Assembly (NCBI GenBank): GCA_964548195.1
Contig: CAZJQC010000005.1
Location: 1 to 26,654, forward strand
From: an uncultured bacterium
GTDB taxonomy: Bacteria > Macinerneyibacteriota > Macinerneyibacteria > Macinerneyibacteriales > DSCS01
DNA length: 26,654 nucleotides
Direction of reading: 5' to 3'
Part shown: positions 6,776 through 18,690 of the stretch, one piece after another
Layout of the letters: the number at the start of each line of letters is the position of its first letter
Numbering within the stretch: position 1 is the first letter of the stretch
Position numbers and translations under genes: made by a program
Notes under the pieces: generated by a model
Databases searched by the model: none
What the model saw: the letters and a program-made list of their open reading frames with translations, nothing else
What the model was told of the DNA's origin: nothing

Positions 6776-7851
6776 CGCCCTCTCACCCTTGAAAGTTCTG
6801 TCCCGCGATAGTAAAACGCGAGTATGTCCTTGTATGAATAACCTTTCAAAGCCATGTTATATGCTCCCCATTGCGACATGCCGACACCGTGCCCCCAGCC
6901 CCTGCCGTTGAGGGTAAGGACGCCGTCGCCCAGCACAGCTTTGAACAACGTGCTTTTGACAAGAGAGGAGCCCAGCCTCATGCGGAACTCATTTCCGCTC
7001 ACTCTTTTTACATGCCCGCCGGGCAATACAAACTCTACCGACACAGCGCGCCCGGAACCCGAATATGAGACCCGAATCTTCTTTAGTCCTTCAAGCCCGA
7101 ACAATTCCATTATGCGGCCGATAGTTACAGTGTAAGACCACTGCTGATTCGGCGAATGGTTGGAATAAGGGTCCTTGAAACTCTTCAGATAGGGATAGTC
7201 GCCGTCATCCGTGGCCCACACATCAGATGGCCTTGAGGTCACGCCCCCGGACGAGGAATGGTAAAACGCCTTTATGGCATCTCCTTTATACGTCAGCACC
7301 GTATTTCTGGTCGCGTCCACGGCATCGCTTGTCCTATCATCTTCGGCAGACATGCCGCCGTACACCTGTGACATATGTGTCGCGTCCAGATGATACACTT
7401 TTACCCCGTTGTCCGTTATCATGCGATAGGCGAATGTCCTCGCGGCCACCGCCTGGGCTTTTATCGCCTCTTCAGGCCATGAAGCGGATATTTCTCTTGG
7501 CAGCACACCCTTAAGATAGGACTCCATATCCACTGCATTGATGACCATGATGCGGAAATAATCGGTGAGTATGATCAGGTCGCCCCTGTATGTTTTGCCC
7601 GCGAATTCCGTCACTCCGTTTTCGGGCGTCAGGCGCAACATGCTTTTCCCGGTGCCCATGCCGTTCAGGTATATCTCCCCGTCATGCATGGATGCGTTGT
7701 TCAGTCTGAGCCGGAAGCGCTCCGAACGGTAGTATTCGCCGTTAAAATCCATTGGCCCTTTGCCCAGGTACAACAGCACCTTTATTTCGGAAGCAAAGAC
7801 AGAAACCGTCAATGCGGCCAAAACCACAAAAAAAACCGATACGCGCCTCAA
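6772..7851 (-). CDS. SpoIID/LytB-domain exported protein (putative lytic transglycosylase)
   Basis: Signal peptide, YLKGVLPRE, EAIKAQAVAARTFA, SQVYGG, GWGHGVGMSQWGA and ILAFYY. TTG start with an AGGAG SD. Confidence 0.92.
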   Translation of the reverse strand: MRRVSVFFVVLAALTVSVFASEIKVLLYLGKGPMDFNGEYYRSERFRLRLNNASMHDGEIYLNGMGTGKSMLRLTPENGVTEFAGKTYRGDLIILTDYFRIMVINAVDMESYLKGVLPREISASWPEEAIKAQAVAARTFAYRMITDNGVKVYHLDATHMSQVYGGMSAEDDRTSDAVDATRNTVLTYKGDAIKAFYHSSSGGVTSRPSDVWATDDGDYPYLKSFKDPYSNHSPNQQWSYTVTIGRIMELFGLEGLKKIRVSYSGSGRAVSVEFVLPGGHVKRVSGNEFRMRLGSSLVKSTLFKAVLGDGVLTLNGRGWGHGVGMSQWGAYNMALKGYSYKDILAFYYRGTELSRVRGR

Positions 7852-7862
7852 ATGCCGCTCTC

Positions 7863-9230
7863 CTAAAGTATGAATGCGTTGAGATCGGAATCATCGATCA
7901 GGGTAAGTAATTTTTCATCGACATATTTGGCGGTGACCTTCACCGCAGACCCTCCCATGGAGGGAGCTTCAAACGACAGTTCGCTCAACAGATGCTCCAT
8001 GACCGTGTAAAGACGTCTCGCGCCTATGTCCTCGACTTCCGTGTTAAGTTTATACGCATAGTCAGCTATTCTTTCTATGGACTCATCGTCAAAAGAGATC
8101 GTGACATCTTCGGTCTTAAGCAGTTCCGTATATTGTTTGATCAATGAGTTGCGTGGTTCCACCAGTATCTTCCTGAAATCAGCCGCACTCAGGGAATCAA
8201 GTTCCACCCGTATGGGGAAACGCCCCTGCAGCTCGGGTATCAGGTCATTGGGTTTTGACACATTAAAGGCGCCCGCCGCGATGAACAGTATATGGTCGGT
8301 CTTTACAAATCCGAATTTTGTGAAGACCGTGGACCCTTCCACAATAGGCAAAAGGTCTCTCTGCACGCCTTCGCGGGAAACATCCGGGCCGGAGTTCTGG
8401 GTCTGTCTGCCGGCTATCTTGTCGATCTCATCTATGAATATTATACCGCTTTCCTCCACTTTTCTTTTTGCCTCCAACGCTATGGCATCGGCATCTATCA
8501 ACTTTTCCGCTTCCTCGTCCAGTATCCTTTCATAAGCGTCCCGCACTTTCATCTTTGAACGTTTGTTCTTTTTCGGCATGAAGCTCCCGAGCATCTCCTG
8601 TATGTCCATGCCCATCTCCTCCATGCTGATATTTGAAAGGACTCCCACCTGGGGAAATGCGTCTTTCTGTATGCTGTACTCCACTTCCCTCTCATCCAGG
8701 ACGCCGTCCCTGAACATCTGCCTGAATTTTTCGCGGGTCGATTTAAAAGCCGTCTCGCCGTCCGTCGTGGCCGTTTCCACGGTCTCCACCGCATTCTCAG
8801 TCTTTTTGGGTATTTTCGGCACAAGAAGGTCCAGTATCTTCTCTTCGGCTATGGTCTCGGCCCTTTCTTTGACTTCCTTGCGCTTGTATTCCTTTATATC
8901 GTTCACAGCGGCCCGGACCAGGTCTCTGATCATCGATTCCACGTCCCTGCCCACATAGCCCACTTCCGTAAACTTTGACGCCTCCACTTTGATAAAAGGT
9001 GCGTCCGCCATATTGGCGAGCCTTCTGGCGATCTCCGTTTTCCCCACTCCGGTGGGCCCGATCATGAGTATGTTTTTGGGCAGTACTTCCCCCTGCAGTT
9101 CCTCGGAAAGCTGCTTGCGCCTCCAGCGGTTTCTTAAAGCGATGGCAACGGATTTTTTCGCTTCCCGCTGCCCGATTATATATTGATCCAGATATTCTAT
9201 GGTCTCCCTGGGGGTATAACTCTTTTCCAT
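7863..9230 (-). CDS. hslU: ATP-dependent protease ATPase subunit HslU
   Basis: PKNILMIGPTGVGKTEIARRLA, the GYVG pore loop, FIDEIDKIA, GVQRDLLP, ELQGRFPIRVEL and C-terminal DLNAFIL. Confidence 0.97.
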   Translation of the reverse strand: MEKSYTPRETIEYLDQYIIGQREAKKSVAIALRNRWRRKQLSEELQGEVLPKNILMIGPTGVGKTEIARRLANMADAPFIKVEASKFTEVGYVGRDVESMIRDLVRAAVNDIKEYKRKEVKERAETIAEEKILDLLVPKIPKKTENAVETVETATTDGETAFKSTREKFRQMFRDGVLDEREVEYSIQKDAFPQVGVLSNISMEEMGMDIQEMLGSFMPKKNKRSKMKVRDAYERILDEEAEKLIDADAIALEAKRKVEESGIIFIDEIDKIAGRQTQNSGPDVSREGVQRDLLPIVEGSTVFTKFGFVKTDHILFIAAGAFNVSKPNDLIPELQGRFPIRVELDSLSAADFRKILVEPRNSLIKQYTELLKTEDVTISFDDESIERIADYAYKLNTEVEDIGARRLYTVMEHLLSELSFEAPSMGGSAVKVTAKYVDEKLLTLIDDSDLNAFIL

Positions 9231-9241
9231 GGCACCTCCGT

Positions 9242-10081
9242 TCAGTCGATCCTGACAACCCTGCGGTGTCCCTCAAGATCCTTAAAAAAAGTGGCCTTGC
9301 GACCATTGAAAATATGCCCTATCTCTCTTGCCTGATTATAACCTATCTCAAAAAAAAGCAAAGCGCCTTTTGACACGCCCTCTGATTTCGCGGCGAAACG
9401 CCTGTAAAAATCAAGGCCGTCGGGCCCTGCGAAAAGGGCGGCATGCGGTATATGCCGGAGTACTTCCGGTGAGACAAGGGCGTCGCCTTCCGCAATATAA
9501 GGAGGATTCGACATGATCATGTCGTATGCCCCGCAGTCGTCGATATCAAAATAATCGCCTTTGATCGGCTTTACGCGCTCCTCCATGCCGTGAAAAGCGA
9601 TATTGCGCAATAATATGCCATAGGGGCCCTCTTCCTTTTCGATTATTGTGACACGGCTGCCGGGGATCTCAAGCGCCGCCGTTATGCCGGGCGCGCCGCT
9701 CCCCCCGCCGACCTCAAGTATGTTTACGGGCGACTTCTTTTCGGCGGCGGCCCGTATCACCTGTTCGACCAGCACCTCTGTGCAGAATTGGGGTATGAAG
9801 CAGCCCTCCTCCACAATAAAAGGCCTGCCGTAAAAATAAGCTTTTTTGATTATATACTGCAGCGGTATTCCCTCGCCGCGTTTGATCACATATTGCTGAA
9901 AAAGCGAGGCCTCGTCATCCGACACTACCCGGCCACGGTTCATGTATATTCCGGTGCGCGAGAGGCCAAGCACCTCGGAAAGCAGTATTTCCGCGTCGCC
10001 TCTGCAGTTTTCAATGGATTTGGCTTTGAGAAGGTCCGCGGCCCATTTTATCAGTCTCTCAGCTGTCCGGGCCTCCGGCAT
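9242..10081 (-). CDS. prmC: Release factor glutamine N5-methyltransferase
   Basis: PLQYI, LEVGGGSG (SAM binding), SNPPY, GPDGLDFYR and FEIGYNQ. Overlaps the prfA stop codon (TGATG). Confidence 0.93.
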   Translation of the reverse strand: MPEARTAERLIKWAADLLKAKSIENCRGDAEILLSEVLGLSRTGIYMNRGRVVSDDEASLFQQYVIKRGEGIPLQYIIKKAYFYGRPFIVEEGCFIPQFCTEVLVEQVIRAAAEKKSPVNILEVGGGSGAPGITAALEIPGSRVTIIEKEEGPYGILLRNIAFHGMEERVKPIKGDYFDIDDCGAYDMIMSNPPYIAEGDALVSPEVLRHIPHAALFAGPDGLDFYRRFAAKSEGVSKGALLFFEIGYNQAREIGHIFNGRKATFFKDLEGHRRVVRID

Positions 10082-11154
10082 CAGAGCTCCGCCTCTTCCA
10101 GTTTCCGCGCCTGCTCGGCGGCTATAAGCTTGTCTATGATCTCGTCCATATCGCCGTGCATGACCTCTGTAAGATGATATGTGGTGAAGTTTATCCTGTG
10201 ATCGCTTACCCTGTTCTGCGGGAAATTATAGGTGCGTATGCGCTCGGACCTGTCTCCGCTGCCCACAAGACTCTTTCGTGTGGAGGAGAGTTCCGCCTCT
10301 TTTTCACGCAGCTTTAAGTCAAACAGGCGCGCCATCAGTACTTTCATGGCCTTGGATTTGTTCTTATGCTGTGACTTTTCATCCTGGCAGTTTACAACGA
10401 TACCGGAAGGCCTGTGGGTAATACGTACAGCGGACTCAGTCCTGTTTACATGCTGTCCGCCCGCGCCCGACGCCCTGAAAACATCTATGGTGATGTCGCC
10501 CGGATCGATCTCCAGTTCCACTTCTTCGGCCTCCGGCAGCACTGCCACGGTAGCAGCCGATGTGTGTATCCTCCCGCCCGACTCCGTCTCCGGAACGCGC
10601 TGCACCCTGTGTCCGCCGCTTTCAAACTTCAAGCGGCTGTAAACCGAATCTCCTTTGACCATAAAAATGATCTCTTTATACCCGCCAAGCCCGGTAGGGC
10701 TGGCTTCGATGATCTCGTGTTTCCACTTCATGCGCTCGGCATATCTTGTGTACATGGCGTAAAGGTCACCCGCAAACAGGGCGGCTTCATCACCGCCGGT
10801 ACCCGCTCTGATCTCCACAATGATGTTCTTTTTGTCATTCGGGTCGGAAGGCAGAAGAAGCAGTTTTATTTCGGACTCAAGCTCTTCCTTCCTGGCCGTG
10901 CCCGATTCCAGCTCCTCGGCGGCAAGTTCTTTCATCTCGTCGTCATCACCTGCAAGTATCTCTTTGGCCTCTTCCATGTTGTTTATGACATCCCGATATG
11001 TCGCCGTGATCGCCACGATCTGCTCCAGCGACGAACGGTCCTTGCTCAGCCTGATATATTCCTCCTGATCGGACATGATATCCGGATCGGAAAGCCTTTT
11101 TTCAATCTCTTTGTACTTATTTGTTATTTCCATCAGCCTGGCAAGCAGTCTCAT
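10081..11154 (-). CDS. prfA: Peptide chain release factor 1
   Basis: EIRAGTGGDEA, HRVQRVPETE (RF1 PxT motif), GAGGQHVN and RSERIRTYNFPQ. ATG at 11154 is preferred over TTG at 11157 on SD spacing. Confidence 0.97.
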   Translation of the reverse strand: MRLLARLMEITNKYKEIEKRLSDPDIMSDQEEYIRLSKDRSSLEQIVAITATYRDVINNMEEAKEILAGDDDEMKELAAEELESGTARKEELESEIKLLLLPSDPNDKKNIIVEIRAGTGGDEAALFAGDLYAMYTRYAERMKWKHEIIEASPTGLGGYKEIIFMVKGDSVYSRLKFESGGHRVQRVPETESGGRIHTSAATVAVLPEAEEVELEIDPGDITIDVFRASGAGGQHVNRTESAVRITHRPSGIVVNCQDEKSQHKNKSKAMKVLMARLFDLKLREKEAELSSTRKSLVGSGDRSERIRTYNFPQNRVSDHRINFTTYHLTEVMHGDMDEIIDKLIAAEQARKLEEAEL

Positions 11155-11219
11155 CAATCATCCTCTCGTGCAAAGCGGACAGCCCCGGGGGCCCGAATGC
11201 CGGAAAGAAACCGGCAGCC

Positions 11220-11249
11220 AAAAAAAGAAAGGGAGGCACAGGCCTCCCT
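11220..11249 (-). terminator. Intrinsic terminator after rpmE
   Basis: Minus-strand AGGGAGGC-ctgt-GCCTCCCT hairpin followed by TTCTTTTTTT, immediately after the rpmE stop. Confidence 0.8.
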
Positions 11250-11251
11250 GA

Positions 11252-11461
11252 TCACTTGTCTTCTTTTTTACCGTATTTTCTCATGAACTTATCCACACGT
11301 CCGGCGGTATCCATGATCTTCTGCTGTCCCGTGAAAAACGGGTGGCATTTGGCACAGATCTCCACTTTTATGTCCTTCTTCGTGGAAAGTGTCTTTACCT
11401 CGTTGCCGCATGCGCATTTAATAGACACTTCATGCATTTGGGGATGCAGACCCTTCTTCAT
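11252..11461 (-). CDS. rpmE: 50S ribosomal protein L31 (Zn-binding C+ form)
   Basis: [22 protein letters not shown] and DTAGRVDKF. Canonical rho-rpmE-prfA-prmC order. Confidence 0.97.
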   Translation of the reverse strand: MKKGLHPQMHEVSIKCACGNEVKTLSTKKDIKVEICAKCHPFFTGQQKIMDTAGRVDKFMRKYGKKEDK

Positions 11462-11475
11462 AATATTCCTCCTTA

Positions 11476-12735
11476 TTACGAATTCATTCTTTCTAAGAAT
11501 TCCTTGTTAGTCTTGGTCTTTGACATCTTATCAATCAAAAATTCCACCCGCTCCACAACTCCCATAGGCGCGAATATCTTTCTTAAGATCCATATTCTGT
11601 TAAGATCCTTGGGATCGATGAGCAGCTCCTCTTTTCTTGTGCCGGATTTCTCTATATCCAGCGCCGGGTAGACGCGCTTTTCGACCAGTCTTCGGTCAAG
11701 CACCAGTTCCATGTTTCCGGTACCCTTGAACTCTTCAAAGATGACATCATCCATACGGCTGCCCGTGTCAATAAGAGCTGTGGCAATTATGGTCAGGCTG
11801 CCGCCCTCCTCTATGTTCCTCGCGGCTCCAAAGAACCTTTTCGGTTTATGCAGAGCGTTCGAATCCACGCCGCCAGAGAGAATCTTGCCACTATGCGGCA
11901 CCACGGTATTATTGGCTCTGGCAAGGCGGGTAATACTGTCAAGCAATATGACCACGTCTTTGCCGTATTCGACAAGCCTTTTGGCCTTCTGTATGACCAT
12001 ATCAGCGACCTGAACGTGTTTCTCGGCCTGTTCGTCGAACGTCGAAGAGATGACTTCACCCTTCACCGTTCTTTTCATATCGGTGACCTCTTCGGGACGC
12101 TCATCTATCAACAGTACTATCAGGTGTATGTCCGGATGATTGGCTGTAACGGCATTGGCAATCTTTTGAAGTATGATGGTCTTGCCCGTTCTCGGAGGCG
12201 CCACTATCAGACCGCGCTGCCCCTTGCCAAGCGGGACCAGCTGATCCATTATCCTTGTCGACATATCCTTCGGGTCCATCTCAAGTATGATCTTTTCCGT
12301 CGGGAAGTACGGCGTCAAAGTCTCAAACGGCTTTCTGTTCAGAGACAGTTCAGGACTTTCATAATTGACCTTCTGTAGATCACGCAATGCAAAATATTTT
12401 TCATTGTCCTTGGGTGTCCTTACATAGCCTTCAAGAGTGTCGCCTGTTTTCAGACGCCATTTCCGTATCAGATTGGGCGATACATATATGTCTTCCGGAG
12501 AAGGCAGATAATTGTTGTACTCCGACCGGATAAAACCGTACCCGTCGTTGAGAACCTCCAACACGCCTAATCCAATGATCTTATTGTCTTTCTGCATGTA
12601 TTTCTCGGTAAGACGGAAGAGTATATCCTGACGTCTCAAACCCGCAATACTGTCCTCATCAAGATCCTTGTCCATCATGGCCAATTCTTTTGTCAGATCA
12701 TTGATGTTTTTCTGCTTCAGATCCTCAAGTAACAT
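11476..12735 (-). CDS. rho: Transcription termination factor Rho
   Basis: [49 protein letters not shown] and [11 protein letters not shown]. An alternative GTG start lies at 12738. Confidence 0.98.
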   Translation of the reverse strand: MLLEDLKQKNINDLTKELAMMDKDLDEDSIAGLRRQDILFRLTEKYMQKDNKIIGLGVLEVLNDGYGFIRSEYNNYLPSPEDIYVSPNLIRKWRLKTGDTLEGYVRTPKDNEKYFALRDLQKVNYESPELSLNRKPFETLTPYFPTEKIILEMDPKDMSTRIMDQLVPLGKGQRGLIVAPPRTGKTIILQKIANAVTANHPDIHLIVLLIDERPEEVTDMKRTVKGEVISSTFDEQAEKHVQVADMVIQKAKRLVEYGKDVVILLDSITRLARANNTVVPHSGKILSGGVDSNALHKPKRFFGAARNIEEGGSLTIIATALIDTGSRMDDVIFEEFKGTGNMELVLDRRLVEKRVYPALDIEKSGTRKEELLIDPKDLNRIWILRKIFAPMGVVERVEFLIDKMSKTKTNKEFLERMNS

Positions 12736-12747
12736 CACACCTCCTAA

Positions 12748-13767
12748 TTAAACACCCTTACGAATAAGTTCATCCCGGAAAGAAACTACCCCGTTTAAGA
12801 AATTTATAATTTTTCCTTTATACGATTCCCAGCCGTCTGAAGTGTCAACGACAGTGTCAAAGCAATCCCCTATCTCCAGAGGATCCGCCTGTCTTTCCAA
12901 AATGTCATTGATTTCTCCGGTGCGGCGACTATCTCTGCTTTTTACGCGTGATATTATCACATCATTTGAACTCTTTGTCAAGAGGGAAAAATCATACAGG
13001 TAATAGAGCTTGTTTTCCGCGACCAGCGGTATTTCCAGTATGACAAGGCCATCCGTGACCTCGGAAACAGCATCGCGTATGCGTCTTCTTATATGCGGAT
13101 GAAGTATCGCATTAAGCCGTTTCAACATTCCCGGATCCGCAAACACAAGCTCCCCCATCTTGTTTCTGTCAAACACGCCGTCAGCCCCGAAATAGTCCGG
13201 CCCGAATTCCGCTCTTACCGCTTCGTAACATTGCCCGCCCGGTTCCATGACCGATCTGGCCAGGACGTCGGCATCCAGATGGACGGCGGATGTCATATCA
13301 GCCATCTTACGGGCCACAAAAGATTTGCCTGTGCCTATATTGCCCGTCACGGCGAGAACGGTTCTTTTGTTCCGTCTGGCGTTTTGTATAAAGCTGTCCA
13401 GTATCAGGGAGGCCGACACCATATCCACCCTCTCCCGTCTGGCTTTGTATTTCATGCCGCTCATAAGGTCATAACTCCCCGAGGTCGTCATGGTCTCATC
13501 CGCCCATGAAAAAGGCAACCCGGTGTTTTTCTTCAATTCCTCAAAAAAAGGAAATCCGCCCCAGTCAGACGAGATATCCGCCTCCCGCAAAGAAAACGGC
13601 ACCCCCATTACAAATCGGCCGATCTCATGGGTCCTGGACAATGCGGTGATCTCTTTCACCGCGACGGAACGGTCAAACGTCTTCAGAGGCGAACAGATGC
13701 TCCATCCCTTGTCGCATACCGCCACACCCACGCGTTTTTTGCCCCAGTCTATCCCCATGAGATTCAT
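12748..13767 (-). CDS. coaE: Fusion of a RuvX/YqgF-family nuclease (N-terminal) and dephospho-CoA kinase CoaE (C-terminal)
   Basis: Residues ~1-128 carry GIDWGKKRVGVAVCD, VMGVP, DETMTT and VDMVSASLIL. Residues ~136-339 carry AVTGNIGTGKS (P-loop), LDADVLAR, LNAILHP, EIPL, RVKSRD and ILERQ. One continuous frame. Confidence 0.88.
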   Translation of the reverse strand: MNLMGIDWGKKRVGVAVCDKGWSICSPLKTFDRSVAVKEITALSRTHEIGRFVMGVPFSLREADISSDWGGFPFFEELKKNTGLPFSWADETMTTSGSYDLMSGMKYKARRERVDMVSASLILDSFIQNARRNKRTVLAVTGNIGTGKSFVARKMADMTSAVHLDADVLARSVMEPGGQCYEAVRAEFGPDYFGADGVFDRNKMGELVFADPGMLKRLNAILHPHIRRRIRDAVSEVTDGLVILEIPLVAENKLYYLYDFSLLTKSSNDVIISRVKSRDSRRTGEINDILERQADPLEIGDCFDTVVDTSDGWESYKGKIINFLNGVVSFRDELIRKGV

Positions 13768-13778
13768 ACAGACTGCAC

Positions 13779-15356
13779 CTATATCGTTGCCATCTCAAGC
13801 TTCGGCACTACTTTTTCGACAAACAGTTCGACCAGCGTGGCATCGAACTGAGTGCCCGAATCTTTTTTCAGCCTTCTTACAGCTTCGGAGACAGACAGTG
13901 CTTTTCTGTAGGGCCTGTCCGATGTCATGGCGTCAAAGGCATCCGCTATGGTAAGTATCCGGACTTCCGAGGGTATGGCGGCTTCTGTCAGCCCGTCCGG
14001 ATAGCCCTTTCCGTCCAGCCTTTCGTGATGATTCCTTACAATCGGCATACATTTATCCAGGAATTTTATATCCTTGATGATGTTCTCTCCCATTGCCGGA
14101 TGCTTTTTCATCTGTTCATATTCCTCGTCACTGAGTTTTCCGGGCTTGCTGAGTATATTCACCGGTATCCCGATCTTACCGATATCATGCAGTATTCCGG
14201 CCAACTCAAGCACTCTGAGCTCCTCATTGTCAAAGCCGGCCTCTCTTGCCAGTTCCAGAGAATAGACGGTCACCCGCTCCGAGTGGCCGCGCGTATAGTC
14301 GTCTTTGGCTTCTATCGCCTTTGAAAGAGCGCGCACAGTCTGCAGATAATACGTCTCAAGCTCTTCATATATGGTCGTGTTCTCAATATCTATGGAAGCC
14401 TGTTCCGAAAATATCTTCAAGATCTCAAACTCTTCTTCCGTAAAACTGTTCCCGTTGTTTTTATTTGTCACGTTGAGCACTCCGATCACGCCTTGTTTAA
14501 TGGTGACAAGCGGTATGGAAATAAATGAAGAGGCCCGATATTTGTCGCGCTGGACTCCGATGTCAAACGGCAGTTCATCCGAGTTTATATCCCTGATCAA
14601 CAATGCCTCGTTGTTCTTCGCCACCCAGCCGGCTATGCCGGCCCCGGTCTTCACCCGCTCGCCAACGTATTCCGCCGTATCCCCGATACCGTCGATGACA
14701 GCAAGGTATTCCTTCTTCTCATCAAGCAGCATTATTGAGACAGTATCGGCATTCACCACTTCCCGCACGACTTCAAGTATGTAATGTATAGTCTTGTCAA
14801 AGTCCAGAGAGGAGTTTATCGTCTTCATCACATCATTTACATACTTGAGCTCCCTGAACTTACGCTGAAGGTTTTTGTCCCCGATCAGCACCTTTTCATG
14901 AAGCATCTTGGACTGCTCCTTCAACTTTTCATTGGCGGATTGCAGCTCGTTCATAAGATGCTTGTTCTCAAGTATGATCTTCCTTTTGTTTACGCTTCTT
15001 TCCAATATCATGCTGATCGCCTTGGCATCATACGGCTTGGGTATAAAGTCGTACGCGCCGGCACGCAGCACCGAAACGAGTATGTCCGAATCTATATACC
15101 CCGTCATCATGATCGAGATGATGTCGGGGTACTCCGTGGTCACTATCCTCACAAGGTTAAGCCCGCTTAATTTGGGCATCTTTATGTCGGTGAGTATGAT
15201 GTCTATTTTCCTGCCCGAACGCACGATCTCCAGCGCCTCAAGCCCGTCGGCGGCACCCTCGACCTCGTATCCAAGCTCATCGAGTATCTCCATGAGTATC
15301 TCACGAAGGAGTTCTTCATCATCTACCACAAGGACTTTCATCTTTAAATCAGTCAT
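13779..15356 (-). CDS. Response regulator with REC, coiled coil, GAF and HD-GYP domains (putative c-di-GMP phosphodiesterase)
   Basis: REC: VLVVDDE, DIILTDIKMP, DFIPKP. GAF: GIAGWVA, IGVLNV. HD-GYP: YTRGHSERV, LHDIGKI, HHERLDGKGYP, ADAFDAMTSDRPYR. Confidence 0.93.
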   Translation of the reverse strand: MTDLKMKVLVVDDEELLREILMEILDELGYEVEGAADGLEALEIVRSGRKIDIILTDIKMPKLSGLNLVRIVTTEYPDIISIMMTGYIDSDILVSVLRAGAYDFIPKPYDAKAISMILERSVNKRKIILENKHLMNELQSANEKLKEQSKMLHEKVLIGDKNLQRKFRELKYVNDVMKTINSSLDFDKTIHYILEVVREVVNADTVSIMLLDEKKEYLAVIDGIGDTAEYVGERVKTGAGIAGWVAKNNEALLIRDINSDELPFDIGVQRDKYRASSFISIPLVTIKQGVIGVLNVTNKNNGNSFTEEEFEILKIFSEQASIDIENTTIYEELETYYLQTVRALSKAIEAKDDYTRGHSERVTVYSLELAREAGFDNEELRVLELAGILHDIGKIGIPVNILSKPGKLSDEEYEQMKKHPAMGENIIKDIKFLDKCMPIVRNHHERLDGKGYPDGLTEAAIPSEVRILTIADAFDAMTSDRPYRKALSVSEAVRRLKKDSGTQFDATLVELFVEKVVPKLEMATI

Positions 15357-15359
15357 ATA

Positions 15360-17635
<2,276 letters not shown>

Positions 17636-17667
17636 AATGAAAACCTCCGTCAACCGCTATGGTTAAT

Positions 17668-18690
17668 CTATACCAGTTTGGCAATTTCGTCAATATGTGA
17701 AAAAGAGAATATCTCCGTACGGCCGGGTTCGACCGGCAAAATAAACCTGATATCACCGTTACTCTTCTTTTTATCACCGGTGATAAACCTGAGGGCCTTT
17801 TTTCTGTATTTGTCAAAAAGACGCGTGTCGAGTCCGATCCTGCAAAGATATCCGGAAAAATAACCCGGAAGCCCGCCAAGGGGGAAACCCATTTTTTCAG
17901 ACATCCTCATCGCAGCCAATATGCCGAGCCCCACGGCCTCGCCGTGTCTCAGGCGATATGAGGACGCGGTCTCAAGGGCATGGCCCCATGTATGTCCCAG
18001 ATTAAGGTTCATCCTGACGCCAATGTCATATGGGTCTTCGCTGACAAAGGAACATTTGATCTCAACCGCCCGCTTGACAATATTCAAAAGCTCAGCCTTA
18101 TCCCGCATGACCTCATCGACGTCCTTTCCCATAAGCCGGTCAAAGATCGATATGTCGCTGATGAAACCGTATTTAACGGTCTCAATAAGTCCGCTGACAA
18201 AATCCCTTCTGTTAAGCGTGTCAAGATAAGCGGTATTGATAAACACTTCTTTGGGAAAATAAAAAGAACCGATACCGTTTTTGCTTTTGCCGCCATTGAT
18301 CGCAGTCTTCCCTCCGATAGCCGCATCCACCTGTCCGACCAGTGTCGTGGGGCGCAGCTGAAGAGGCATGCCGCGCTTATACAGGGAGGCGGCCAGTGCT
18401 CCCAGGTCGGTTATCGTGCCTCCGCCCATGGCGGTAAAGAGGGCTGTACGCTCAATGCCGCGGCTGCTCATATCCTTGAACAGTTTTTTCAGATATTTGA
18501 ATCTCTTGATCTTCTCTCCGCCTTTAAATGCTGTAAATGCGTGTTTCGAGGGTCTGAGTTCCTTTCCGTATATGGAAAAAAGGCGTTTGTCTACAAGAAA
18601 ATAGCCGTCATTGACGGAAATGGAAGACACTCGCGACGGGTCATGCGTGATGGTGATTTCCGTATCGAGACACTTCAGTTTATGTTCCAC
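17668..18690 (-). CDS. aroB: 3-dehydroquinate synthase
   Basis: GGEKIK, GGGTITDLG, PTTLVGQVDAAIGGKTAIN, LNLGHTWGHALE, HGEAVGLG and DKKK. The start is probably GTG at 18690 behind GGAGG, because the track start at 18801 overlaps coaD by more than 100 nt. Confidence 0.9.
   Translation of the reverse strand: MEHKLKCLDTEITITHDPSRVSSISVNDGYFLVDKRLFSIYGKELRPSKHAFTAFKGGEKIKRFKYLKKLFKDMSSRGIERTALFTAMGGGTITDLGALAASLYKRGMPLQLRPTTLVGQVDAAIGGKTAINGGKSKNGIGSFYFPKEVFINTAYLDTLNRRDFVSGLIETVKYGFISDISIFDRLMGKDVDEVMRDKAELLNIVKRAVEIKCSFVSEDPYDIGVRMNLNLGHTWGHALETASSYRLRHGEAVGLGILAAMRMSEKMGFPLGGLPGYFSGYLCRIGLDTRLFDKYRKKALRFITGDKKKSNGDIRFILPVEPGRTEIFSFSHIDEIAKLV

Noticed and set aside
6772..7851. SpoIID gene as evidence of sporulation
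   Set aside because: SpoIID/LytB-domain proteins next to queA are common in non-sporulating bacteria, and no other sporulation genes are present.
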